Assembly: GCF_000143415.4 (NCBI RefSeq)
Contig: NW_003314299.1
Coordinates: forward strand, 1,409,502-1,473,501
Source of the DNA: Selaginella moellendorffii
Lineage: Eukaryota > Plantae > Lycopodiophyta
Reading direction: 5' to 3'
DNA: 64,000 nt
Shown here: piece by piece, positions 1-12,600 of the stretch
Layout of the letters: each line of letters starts with the position of its first letter
Numbering within the stretch: the first letter of the stretch is position 1
Notes under the pieces: model-generated
Told to the model about the DNA's origin: nothing
The model's database searches: none
Seen by the model: the letters and a program-made list of their open reading frames with translations, nothing else
Program-made: the position numbers and the translations under genes

Positions 1-133
1 TTTGGAACCCCCCCCCCCCCCCCCCCTTGAGGGACGATCGCTTTGGGCTTTCACCCAACTGCCTGTATTAGTATTTGGACTCGAACTTGGACTCGGACTC
101 GGACTCGGTCTCAATCCTGGATTTGGACTCGGA

Positions 134-170
<37 letters not shown>

Positions 171-787
171 CCGGTCTCGGTCCCGGTCTCGGTTCCATCT
201 CAGACTCCACCTCGGGTCCATCTCGGACTCCATCTCGGGTCCATCTCGGACTCCATCTCAGGTCCATCTCGGACTCCATCTCGGTCCATCTCGGACTCCT
301 TCTCGGACTCCATCTCGGACTCCATCTCGGACTCCACTTTGGGTCCATCTCGGACTCCATCTCAGACTCCATATCGGACTCCACTTCGGGTCCATCTCGG
401 ACTCCATATCGAACTCCATCTCGGACTCCATATCGAACTCCATCTCGGACTCCACTTCGGACTCCATATCGGACTCCACTTTGGGTCCATCTCGGACTCC
501 ATCTCAGACTCCATATCGGGTCCATCTCGGGCTCCACTTCGGGTCCACCTCAGACACTTCCACGTGTCATGTGTTGGTCCTTTTGGGTCCCTTTTTGGAG
601 CCTCGCTTATTGCTCGCTTCATGCTCGTTCCTTGAGCACTCCGTTGGGAGTTCCACTCCCGCTCTCAACCTCTCAAGTCGGAGCCTTTTAGTCCAAATGT
701 GTTACGCTCGTTTGGCTTTTGCTTCGGCCACTACCACGTGGCACCCTTTCGGCTCCACTTTGGGGCCTAGAGATTTTGTGTCTCACA
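1..787 (-). repeat. 3' LTR (partial; continues left of the window)
   Basis: Near-identical to 5802-6618; preceded on the minus strand by the PPT. Confidence 0.85.
76..560. repeat. Tandem array in LTR: 6-bp GGACTC/GGTCTC units grading into 12-bp TCGGACTCCATC units
   Basis: Directly visible; produces spurious SISD/GLGL/RTRT ORFs. Confidence 0.95.
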
Positions 788-800
788 ACTCCACCACCTA
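788..800 (-). other. Polypurine tract
   Basis: Minus strand AGGTGGTGGAGT directly before the TG of the 3' LTR. Confidence 0.7.
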
Positions 801-3800
801 TAGACGAAGTTCGATGTCCTCATCAAACGGTAAACCCTCTTATAAAGTAACACCCACATGTATTACTAGTTCCATCCTTGGCACCCAACCAATATTTATC
901 TATGGTTTGACACCAAAGGTGCACCATGCCTTGTCCATCCTTTAAGGAGGATAGTCTCTTTAATATAGAGACTCATTCGACCACCTGGGGTGGTTTGCTC
1001 CCTTTTATTGGTTCAGTTCTCGCTAAACCCGTTAGAGACTCCTTCTCTAACTCAATTCCACTACTCATTCTCGAGTAGTCTCAGATTCCATTGACATAAC
1101 TTTGCACTTTGGAAATTTTAGTTTTGACTTCTTAGAGTCAATTTCCTAGGTGTCTTCGACACCTTACGTTGCACATGGTGCAACTCCACTTCCCTATCCT
1201 AGGAAGTTCTTTACTTGAGGATACTATCATCCTCTCTCCGATATCGTGCCACCTTTGACACTAAGTTTCAGTTATCATCATTGGTGCTAAGGCTGCCTAC
1301 AGCCCTATTATTTGGCTACCTTACCACTCCCCCCTTTGGAGCATCCACTTCGCCAAATCGGAGCGGTTGGGAATCCACCCTTAGGGAAACTTTGCCATTC
1401 CCACAATCCGTTAGCACCTAACACATTAGTGTTCTTGGCCTAACTTTGCCATTTGGATTTTTTCCCAGGATTCCTATGGCTCTTCTCTTAGCCACTAATC
1501 TTTTGCTCCTATCCTTGATTGTTGTACCCAGCAACATAGGATCGCTACCTCCATTTTCGAGGTTTCTTTTTAGTTCCATAGCAAACACTTTGTTTTGCTA
1601 AGTCCAGAAGGTGTTCACCCCTAGTACGTCTCTTTAACATTTTCTGTTGTGGGCTCTATCCACGGCCCAACTTTTGAGATCCTTTCTTGGATCTCTTATA
1701 GAGACTACCTTTCTCGGACTTACTATGCCACAGCATTGACATAGCTCATTTCCCTTAGGTGTTCTTCCCACTTGGTCACCTTGACCAAGCCACACCATTA
1801 TCAATAGTTCAAATTAACACTTTGAACTAAGAATCATATTCCTTAACCCAAATAAAGACTTGGTCCTTATTTAGCCACAAGATCACCTGGTGATCTCATC
1901 TTGACCCCTTAATAAGTTTACCCATAAGAACTAGGTCTTCTAGACCCCTCTATGTTGTTGACTATGACCCCGAGGGCATCCCCCACACTTGGCAGTGCGG
2001 CCAAGCCAGCCCTTCCGGCCAAGGATCCATAGCAACTGAGACTGGGTGTCCCCATCTCATTCACCACGTCCTTGGTGCCCTTTGCACCAAAGTGTTCAAG
2101 TTAGATATTCCGAGCTTTCACTCTAAGCAATCTAACCGTGCATCATGACTCCAAGGCATCCCTTGCTTGGTGGTGTGCCCAAACCAGTCTCCTCACTGAG
2201 AGTCCATGACCACCAAAAAATGAGTGTCCTCATATTCCAAACCATCACCACGCCCTAATGATTTGGGACTCGAACCCAAGCACTAGAGGGTCGGGACTCG
2301 AACCCAACCTCCGTATATGCATCTATGGATGGCATCACACCAAATGCCTGGCGTGACTCCCCACGCCGGTGCACCAATTTATATTTAAAGCGCGTACAAA
2401 TCACAGCTTAGAAACCTAGTTCCTCCGCATTGCCAAGTCCTCTCGCTTAACAAGTTTGTGATCATGCATGGACTCCTCCATGCTCGGCCCCATAGCCCAC
2501 CCTTTTTGAAGTTATCACCTTCAACTAGGGTATTTGTTCCCCCAACTTGCCAATCTCACTTGGCAAGTCCTCCGACCACTGTAACATAGTTCCTGCATAA
2601 GCGTGAAAGTTCTTGGCCATCAACTTTCATTCAAAGCCCTCTCTTTGAACACTCGGGAACTACTTCCCTAACCTTGATAGCCTTGCCTCATGGCAAACTT
2701 CAAGACCACGCTTCTGCTGCACCACTTTGATTTCGCGCGTTTCATGAACTATTTACACTTGGCCTTTTTAGGGACTAAACTACCTAGAATCGTCTTTGGG
2801 AACCTTGAAAGAACTCTATCCCTTAGCTTGCTAAGGCCTCCTTTTTCGCAAGCTTTATAGTTGCCATATAGTCTAACATGGACAATTCCATATTTTAGAT
2901 TCTCCATGGCATCACGGTTGCTAACAACAATATCCTCGAGCACCCTCTTGATTCTCCACTCCCAACTTGCATAACCACCGTTGGATATGCCCTTCGATTT
3001 CTATGGTTCAGTTCTATCCCCTTACTACTTGCTTTTGGCTTCCCACCTTTCCTTCGGTCATTTTCCTCTAGACCAGGAGGATAGCTTGCACTTTCTATCA
3101 TGCCTTAGCAAGTATTCTTAGGGATGAACCTACCTAATAGCCTAGAGAGTGGTTCCTCAATCTGGGTATGCTCACCTTTTAATCCCATACACCGGGATTA
3201 ACGTTGCTGCTTATGGGCCTTTACATGCCCATCACTAACCTTGCCAAAATTCCATTTTTGGCTTTGTCCGATTTGAGTAAACAGTCTTCTCCCGTCTCCG
3301 CATCTTTAGACATTTGGATAGCACCTTCTATCCATCATTTGCTAAGGACTTAGTCCCTTGGGCTTTATCTATTGCCCTTGCGACACCAAACACCACCTGT
3401 TGGTGTTCTAAAGTGTTTGGGTGTCCCAATGATGGCCCCTTTGACAATGAGCATCTTCTTTACGACATTGACTTACTATATCGCAACATAAGCAATTTAT
3501 CCCCTGTAAGGGTATATCTAACTTCCTTATGCCATTAAGAAGCCTTGGGTAGCTACCTTCTACCCGTTTAGCCAATTATCCTTGCACCTTTTGCTTAGTT
3601 GCCCCATAATTGTCAAGTCCTACAACTCATTGTTTGGTGCTTCCACACCTCCATGTCACTACACTCTAACTGCATGCCTTCCAGCTTAGGCTATGCTATT
3701 CTCATTTCCATTGGGATTCCTTTGGAAGGGGTTCTCATGAACCCACCAACTTGACTTCAAGGCAGCACGCCTTGGCACCTTTAGTGTCTTCACACCATCG

Positions 3801-4822
3801 GCTCCATGAGCCTACCTTTAGGACACTTATTTGTGTCCAGGTATTTTTGCCAAGATCAATATGGTTGTCTCTTAGGCCAATTATCCATTAGCACTGCACC
3901 ATAGAGTTCATGCACCCAACTCTGGGCCAAAATTGCTTTCTTCTGGGAACATCTTTCCACAACTTTAGTATGGCACATTCTGCCATCAATGAGATACCTA
4001 CTGTTCTCATACCTGGATCTTATGATCCTCCCCATACCTTATGGGGCACCATACACCTCAGTCCAAATGCTCCAACCAATCCTTTAGGACCATTCCCTGA
4101 CTCCGCTTGAGTCATCCAGCATTTTGGACTTTGCTAATCCAACAACCTGCGAGGTCTCAGTCTTAGAGGTGCCAACTCACTGGAATACAACTTCTCGTAT
4201 TCATGTCCTACTCACAAGGACAATCTTTGCAAGTGTTACTCTGACACTTGATGATTTTCTTGAGGCTAACCTTTGCCCCTTAGGACTACTTGTCCATGTG
4301 ATGAGAATAGCAACTCATCTTTAAGTACACCCCCAACTCCTTGGGTTGTTCCAGCATTTATTAGAGGTAGCCCCGGCTACCATTTCAAGGACTGGTGTCC
4401 TCTTCTGTATTTAACCTCCCACGGTCAACAATTCCGGTCTCAAATTTATGAGTACTAGCCTCAACCATATAAGGGTAGTCTTGTGACTCCTTTATTGTTT
4501 TGGAGTCTGCATCTTTCCCGTGATCCCAACTATAGTTGTTTACCACAACTACATTAGCTCGTTTGCTGCGTCAAACGCTCATCTGGATCACATCCTCAGC
4601 TCTCTGAGGAAACCCTTATACTGTTCCCAAGATCCCAAAGTCGTTCCATTATTGGCCCTTTTCTATCCACCACCTCACCTACAAGTTCACACATGAACTG
4701 TAATGGAGAGCCATGTCTTCCCGACTTGCTACTCCTCAAGGATAAGCCCACTCCTCGGACCTTCCGATGCAAACACTAATGGTGATATACTTGAGCACCA
4801 ATAAAAGTCGGACTAAGGAACA

Positions 4823-4834
4823 GCTCCGATACCA
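4823..4834 (-). other. Primer-binding site (tRNA-iMet type)
   Basis: Minus strand reads TGGTATCGGAGC, one mismatch from the canonical TGGTATCAGAGC, 3 nt from the LTR end. Confidence 0.85.
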
Positions 4835-4837
4835 AGT

Positions 4838-6618
4838 TGTAAGCGACTAAATTTTCCATTCTACTTTAGTCACTTAACCACACCTCCAATCACTTGGAGG
4901 AGTCTCACTCACAACCTCCATAAGTCCTATTTCAAACTTGGGCTTGCTAGCCCCGAGAATGGCATCCCCGCCACTCAACCTTTGCACTTGATCCAAGTGC
5001 TCCACATGTCTGATCCCATGACCGACACCCCAAGGTACCACCAACATATCAACCTGTTACGCTAAGGCCATGTCCATTCACCTTGGTGACAATGATGGTC
5101 TGACACCACCTGCATCCCAGTCCCGTCACTCAAAGATTGGGCCATCCATCCATGAGTGATCATCCCAAATCCACTCCTTAGCATCCTTAAGATGCCCACA
5201 GACATGGGGATTAGCCTTCCCCAATATCTCCGTTCCAGTCCCCACCAAGTCCCTTTTCATCCTTGGCCGTGCTCGCCAACACTGCCACTGGATCAAGGCC
5301 AACGGGCCCGACCACTAAGTCCCACTGTCCTCTAGGACTTCCTCCCTGTGTGACCGTGTCTTTGGTCACCACACCAGAGGACTGCTCCTCTTCCTTTCCA
5401 CAGTCTGGGACTTTGGGACGACATTTCGGAACACCGTGGCCCTACGCGGGCCTCGTGGGTACTCTCCCTGCCTTTCGCCTTTAGGTGCTCTAGCCATGGG
5501 CTTAGAGCGAGGTTCCATTGAGCCACACCAGGTATCCAAGTAGGTAGTGCCACCCACACTTGGATTGGGAGCATCGGCCAAACGATCTCCTGAGGGAACT
5601 AGAGCCGGCTCTTGAACACTTCACCAAGCTACCCCGCTTGTCGGTCCGTATTCACTCTAGTCTTGGACTTCCCAGTGGTCAGTTCATCACCCAACACTGG
5701 GTCTGGCCTTCCTGGGCCAAACTAGCCTTTTCTGGGCCAAACTAGCATTTCCTGGCCAAACTGGCTCCACGGGGCTCCAACCCCACTCTCCCTATTATAC
5801 TTTTGGAACCCCCCGCAGCCCCCCCCCTGGGGGACGATCGCTTTGGGCTTTCACCCAACTGCCTGTATTAGTATTCGGACTCGGACTCGGACTCGGACTC
5901 GGACTCGGACTCGGTCTCGGTCCCAGATTCGGACTCGGACTCGGTCTCGGTCTCGGTCTCGGTCCCAGTCTCGATCCCGGTCTCGGTTCCATCTCGGACT
6001 CCATCTCGGGTCCATCTCGGACTCCATCTCGGACTCCACCTCGGGTCCATCTCGGACTCCATCTCGGGTCCATCTCGGACTCCATCTCAGGTCCATCTCG
6101 GACTCCATCTCGGACTCCATCTCGGACTCCATATCGGACTCCATCTCGGACTCCATTTCGGACTCCACTTCGGGTCCATCTCAGACTCCATCTCGGACTC
6201 CATATCGAACTCCACTTCGGGTCCATCTCGGACTCCATATCGGACTCCATCTCGGACTCCATATCGGACTCCATCTCGGACTCCACTTCGGACTCCATAT
6301 CGGACTCCACTTTGGGTCCATCTCGGACTCCATCTCAGACTCCATATCGGGTCCATCTCGGGCTCCACTTCGGGTCCACCTCGGACACTTCCACGTGTCA
6401 TATGTTGGTCCTTTTGGGTCCCTTTTTGGAGCCTCGCTTATTGCTCACTTCATGCTCGTTCTTTGAGCACTCCGTTGGGAGTTCCACTCCCGCTCTCAAC
6501 CTCTCAAGTCAGAGCCTTTTAGTCTAAACGTGTTACACTCGTTTGGCTTTTGCTTCGGCCACTACCACGTGGCACCCTTTCGGCTCCACTTTGGGGCCTA
6601 GAGATTTTGTGTCTCACA
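4838..6618 (-). repeat. 5' LTR (~1781 bp, TG...CA)
   Basis: TG/CA termini, adjacent PBS, and the shared end with the copy at 1-787. Confidence 0.85.
5875..6390. repeat. Same tandem array in the other LTR, with different unit counts
   Basis: Directly visible. Confidence 0.95.
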
Positions 6619-7597
6619 GGTGGCTGGAGTAAATGCATGCACAAGTCTAACAAGATCTTGAGGAAGTGCTGGCCATAACATTCCAAGTTTGATCCGCTCC
6701 AACATATTTGGCTCCATACGAAGCAAGAAGCTTTGGAAACAAACGCCAAATTGCATCATCAACTCAAATGGCTTTTGACGAAGATGATGCAATTGCTGGA
6801 AAGCATCATCACAATCGTCAGCATGTCTGAATGCGTGTTTGAAGACGTCCAGAAGAACACTCCAATCCCCACGAGTGGCTATGCTCAAACCATTATACCA
6901 CTGCAGCGCTGTCCCTTGGAGACATGTAAAAAACTCACGCAAATGATGAGCATCATCCCAAGAATGATATATAGCAATCACTGTGAAGTGATCAAACCAA
7001 TGGGACACATCATCCCTAGGATTCCCATGAAAGAACTCCGGCCGAATGCAAGGATTGGCACCAAAAGCAGGAGGAGTTGTACCACATGCTGTGAATGCTG
7101 CTATCAATTGAGTTTGGTTGTTCAATTGCAATCACATAGCATCAAGTAATTGCACCAACTGCTACTCCAGAGTCAGAAAAGGAGACTACTACTTTACCAT
7201 GAAGATGAATGAAAAGGAAAGAGCAAAAGAAGGGAAATGAGAAAGAACTGGAAAGAAAAGGAGATTTAGACAATGGAAAAGCTAGATCTAAACCGAAATT
7301 CTGAAAGGGAAAAACAAAAAAAAAGGAATGGAAAAAATTAGATTGAAACGATGCAAAAGTTATATTTAAACTAAAATCCCAAATCCAAACACTCCTCAGG
7401 GACAAAGAAAAATGCCTTTAACCTCCACTAATGTAAGTGCTTGGAATATAGAAAGGGAATATAGAAAATATGCATATCAATTAGCCTAAAAACTTTAACT
7501 TATATACAAGAACAAATAGTCCAAATTAAAATCAATTTGACTTCCCACTATACTAATATTAGTATATGGCATCATAGCCATACACTTGGCCATCACA
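6619..7597 (-). mobile_element. 5' part of an older short-LTR gypsy element (LTR 7432-7597 plus gag), interrupted by the large element
   Basis: Gag-like ORF 6619-7131 (PEFFHGNPRDDVSHWFDHF...LQGTALQWY...LRQ); ~166 bp TG..CA LTR homologous to the LTRs at 36117 and 38779. Confidence 0.8.
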
Positions 7598-7711
7598 ATA
7601 TTATATATTAAAACTATTATCATATTTTATGAGTATCTTCCCATTAAAAATTCTTGAAAAGAGAAAACTAAAATGGAATAACTAAGTTTATGACCGTGAC
7701 CACATTTGGAC

Positions 7712-9423
7712 ATGGCGATGGAATGCGGGAGGCTGGGGAATCTCCTCTGGGATGGAGGCTCAACATTTGATGCCTGGCTTAACATTTGCTCCACAAAGGT
7801 ATGTGATTCATATTACTTTTTTTAATTCTCATGGTGGGATTCCTTAAAAGATTGCAGAGTTGCTTCTTACGATTCCTCACTCGTGGGCACAAGCAGGCCT
7901 GCCTTCTGCAATTGTGGTTCAATTTGTACATCTTTGCATTGGATGGTGGAGTGGCTACACCACGAATCTTCTCTACTTGGAATACAAGAAAGTCGCCCAG
8001 AAACGAGACCCGCATCGATTTGACAATCACACTATTCAGGTGATCTCGTCCCAAGATTCTCTATTATATGGATGGACAATTCCATCTCTTTGCTCTTCTA
8101 CATAGCTTCACGAGGTGCTGGGAGGCCTCATGGGTAAATGGTGGGAGCGAGTGTCACTCTTTTTCAACATTGGAACACTGGGCACCATAGCCACTGTGGA
8201 AATTCTCGCATCCAGCAAGTAAGTTCCCAAGAGCAGTACATTGTGTGGTGTGAGCAAGATGATTTTCTACTTGTGCCGGCAGCATCGTGTTCTACATGAA
8301 TGACAGCCTTGACAAGAGAACCTGGGCTTTGATCTTTGGTGGTATCTTTTCCTTGTCAGTGTTTACGCCATCGGCTCAAAACTATCGAGCATGGTCATTT
8401 CTTGGTGTTATCGCGACTATATACACGGCATTCTATCTGATCATCGCAGGAATTGTGCATAAAGAGGCAAGTCGATCGATTGGAACTCCCAAATATTTTT
8501 ATTTTCTTTGTGGTATTAGATTCCAGATGTTAACAGGCCGTTTTCCCCTCGGGAGTTCTCAGAGTACTTCATTCCTATGACGAATTTCATAGCTTTGGGC
8601 ACGGAGGCTATCCCTGTGTGAGTATCAAAAGAGTTTCTTTCGTTTATCGAATTCTAGTTGCTTTCTTTAAGGGAGATTATGGATGCGATGTGGAAGCCAG
8701 AGGAATACAAATTGCCGTGGCTCTTTGGAATGGTTTACACTGGATTGGTCTCATTAATCCCCACCATGAGCTTGTTCTGGAGATTTGGGGATAAGCTCCT
8801 CAAACAGGCCAACGCCATAGCTCTACTCCCAAAGTCGATCTTCCGTGACGCTGCAGTGATCCTCCTGCTTCTACATCAGGCAAGAGCCTTGGAAAAACCT
8901 CCGCTTATCTGGAATGTTTGTGAACAGTTTGTAGTGTTTGGCATTTTCACGCTGCCAATCTACCTGATCTTTGAGAAGCTCTTCAAAGTCCACAACTCGC
9001 CAAGCTTTGGAAAGCGCATCCTTGTGAGGGTTCCAGTGTTCCTAGTGATATGGGTGGCAGCTCTTGCATTCCCGTTTTTCGGGCTTTCAACTCCCATATC
9101 GGTTGCCCTGTTTGCAACCTGGGGCCAGCATATCCTTCCATGCAGCGCTTACATCTTCACGTTTTGGAAGCGCGCCTCAGAAGCTGTAAGTCCTGTGCTT
9201 TATCTTCGCTACATTAGTATATGATTTGACAATATTCCAGAGCATTGTGGACAAGCACTTCTGTTTGCTAAGATGGGAAACGATCTTGAGCATCAACCTT
9301 GGCATTGTGTTGTGGATGCTGTTTATGAGCGGGTTTGGGCTATGGGCAAACATCGTCGCCATAGCTAATCAAGTGCATCAAGTTGGCCTCTTTACTAAAT
9401 GTTACAACTGCAAGAGAGGATAG
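7712..9423 (+). CDS. Divergent AUX1/LAX-family (AAAP) permease, multi-exon
   Basis: Spliced motifs LWDGGSTFDAW, LLTIPHSWAQAG, LYLEYK, NHTIQ, LDKRTWALIFG, EIMDAMWKP, RDAAVILLLLHQF, FPFFG and GLFTKCYNC parallel AUX1 along its whole length, with similar intron positions. Confidence 0.9.
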
Positions 9424-9622
9424 CATTGTTTTTATATATTATAGAATAGATTGACATTTTTAATCTTGTTGTGTTTTTATTTAATTTTAAGTAATTAATT
9501 AATTTTTAACTTAAAAAGAAAAACTATTGAAAGCTGTAACATCATGGCACATACCAAAATCTTTTAAATTCTTCTTCCAAACAAGAAGATTACATTACTT
9601 TTTTTTATGATTCATTATTTAT

Positions 9623-12600
9623 TTACTGGTTAGCTCTTCTGCTGCTCCACCATGACTTGTGCTTCCTGGATCTCTCCTCGTCCACATGAGACAGCTTCTG
9701 GAGTATCACCTTCGTCTCTCTCAATCGCCCCTTGAAATCCTTCTTCCACACGTCAAACCTGTGCTTGAGCTTCTTGAGCTCGTCCTCCGGGCTCAAGTTG
9801 GCCTCCACTTGGCCCGACTTCACCTCCACCAAGAAATCGGCATCGTCATTGAAAACCTGCGTCCTGTGCTCGTACTCCTTCACCAGCTGCCCCACCACCG
9901 ATTTCCCAGCGTCAAAATCTCGCGGGAAGTTACTGTGGTTGTCCGACGAAGTCTGGTTCGAAGTAGCCGTGGTGCTGGCGGTGATGAATCCCGGCTCGGG
10001 CGTCACCGACGTCGCGGATTCCTCCCACTCGAACTCCTCCGCTGGCAGCGCCGGCCGGGAAGCTCGATCCCTGCTAAAGTTCGAGTTTTGCTGCTGGACG
10101 GAGTCGTCGGATTTCGCCGGGAGCGCGACAGGGACGGGATCTTCGCTGGTGAGGCTCCTCTTTGCGGCCGCAAGGCTCTGCTGCAAGGACGTCATCTGTT
10201 TCTGCCACACCTCCTCCATGGCGTTCATCCTGGCCTCGTACTCGGACCACCGCTGCTCGTACTGCTGGAGCTTGTGGACCATTGCCGCGTTCTCCACGTC
10301 CTTGTCCCACACCGCTTGCTCCGCTACAAGAGCGCGCTGCTTCCATGCTAAGAGCTCCGCTGCCAGTGCTCTGTTCTCGTGACCAGAATCCACGATCTGC
10401 GCACGCAAGGAGCATGCATGTCATCAAAAGTCAAAAGAAAAACGAGGACAGGCAAACAAAAGAAAAAGAGAGAAAGGAACTCCATACCTTCAGGCTGTCG
10501 CTGGCGCTTTTTACTGCCACATTTTCCGCTACAATGCTTTGTTCTACCGACTGTACAGGGATTTCCTTTGAAGAGGAACTCAGTTGTTGTTTCTGAAGAT
10601 TGTAAGCTCTCTTTGCCAGCCACCTCCTCGTAACTGAGGAATAGAGCATTGTAACAAAAAGTACACGTAGAATTGATAACATGCATTTACCTGACTGGAC
10701 GCGAATAACTCTCTCTTGTTTTTGCTTGTAATTCCTTCGGGATTTACGGCCCTTGATATGTTTTTGAATAGAGATCGCTGCTTGGTTCTGCTGCTTCAGT
10801 CTCGTATAACGCCTCCTTTCCCGGGTGCCTCTAACTCGTTTTTGAATGGTGACAGCAGCTACGTTTCGTCTTTTTAATCTCCTTAATTCGTTTCTTGCAA
10901 CGAGCCCTTTGAAATGCCTTTGAATTGTAAGAGTAGCATGGTGCCTTCGTAACAAGTCCTTGTAAGACGCACGAGAAAATATACCCTTCACGTGCTTCTG
11001 GATGAATATAGCAGCACGGTGCCTTTGCTTTAGCTTCTTGAACATAGCTCTCACTTGCATCCCTCTGACCACTGCATGTCAAACAAGTGAGCACAGTGAC
11101 AAAATAGAGTCGACAAAACGAGGCTTACGAGATTGCCATAGAACCGTTGATCTACGCAAACGCTTGAAGTACAGTCTAGCTCGGTAACCTCTGTACAAAG
11201 CTTGAGCGCCAACGATACCGTTCAGCGTACGCGTTCTTTTCTCTTCTAGCACTGCAATCTGCAGTTTTATAAAATGTTAGAGCAGGAAACATAAACCAGC
11301 AGTAAAATACCTGGCCAGAGCGGAAGAACAGCTTTGTTAGACCAACTTGGTATGTCTCTGGGGACACATTGAAGTGCTGCAATATAGAAATACAGACACT
11401 CAAAGCATCACGAGTATCGGAAGCCTGTTTCTGGAGCATGATTCTGAATCTGAAAGAAAATATTCAGAGCCAAGGCTATCAAGTGAATGGCAGAATATGA
11501 AAATACCTGTCAGCGAAATGCTGGTGCAAATGACGCGAAGGATAGCCAGACCTTGTAATTCTCACTACCTCTAAAACGCCACAACAGCGGAGCTGTTGAA
11601 GTACAAGATCTTGTTCAAAATTGTCTGGTAGTTGATAGGCGTTTGGTTTTACACAACGTATAAAATGCGGGGACGTATTTTCCAGCCTCTGTAGTAGCCT
11701 AAACAATTGACCCTGAAAAGAAAGGAAAATTCAGTAACACTAAGCCTCTAAGATACACCACCTTGAATTTTGTTGACACGCTTTGCTTTTGCGATTCTTT
11801 TCTAAATCCCTCGCCCTTTTTTGCAGAAAATGCACGACTTAGCGAGCTCTTACACGATGACAAAAGCTCAAGAATATCTGTGTGAAGTAAATCCCTATTT
11901 TTCTCCATTATTCCGGATGTACTGTATGTTACCTGAAGAAAGAGTCAATCCTCGTCAGGAAAGAACTACAAGAATTTACCTCTCCAGCATAATGACGTAT
12001 GGTGAATCCCGTATCCCTTTCAGCTTTAAAATGACTGTTCTTTGACAGATGCTTGCTCAATTTCATCGCCAATGAAATCTCAGTTGACTGTGGAAATGTG
12101 CATTCCTCGTCGAGCAGAGAAATAAGCCCAAGTGGTCTCTGAAGAAGAGAATGATCTGGGATTGATACCGACGGGAATTGAACGTACCTTTTCTATCAAG
12201 TCTAAACATTCTTGATTGTCAACAAATTCGACCCTCGTCCAATCAATGCCTTCTGCTGAATACTCCTGAATTACAAGATTATTTACTTCGTTGAAAAGCG
12301 CAAAAACTTCTACCTCTTGCTCGAGTTTGAACAGGTGGCGGTTGAAATGTTGCTGTAATCTTTCATTTGCATAGTTTATGCAAAGTTGCTCAAAACTATT
12401 ACTCTGCAGTAGAAAACTCAGTAAAATCGCGAAAACTAAAACTAGCGCACCGACCTGAAAGGACTCAAAACCGTAGATATCTAGAATGCTGATGGTTTTT
12501 CCAGTACGCTTCTTGCCAGCTTCCATTGAAATATTTATCCTTTCTACCAGCCAATCGAATAAGCTTGCATATAAAGCCTTCGCCAAAGCGTCTCTCGCGT

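Larger units (their letters stand above)
1..6618 (-). mobile_element. LTR retrotransposon (Ty3/gypsy-like, internally decayed, non-autonomous); left LTR truncated by window edge
   Basis: 1-787 is a direct repeat of ~5802-6618. On the minus strand both copies begin TGTGAGAC. The right LTR ends ...TTACA at 4838, followed by ACT and the PBS TGGTATCGGAGC. A purine tract abuts the left LTR. The internal 4 kb has no long ORF. Confidence 0.9.

Noticed and set aside
76-560. CRISPR-like array
   Set aside because: Tandem units without unique spacers, eukaryotic context and no cas genes
2-945. Long ORFs in several frames (SISD, GLGL, RSRS repeats), also at 5795-6466
   Set aside because: They arise from the stop-free 6/12-bp LTR satellite and are open on both strands; there is no protein signal
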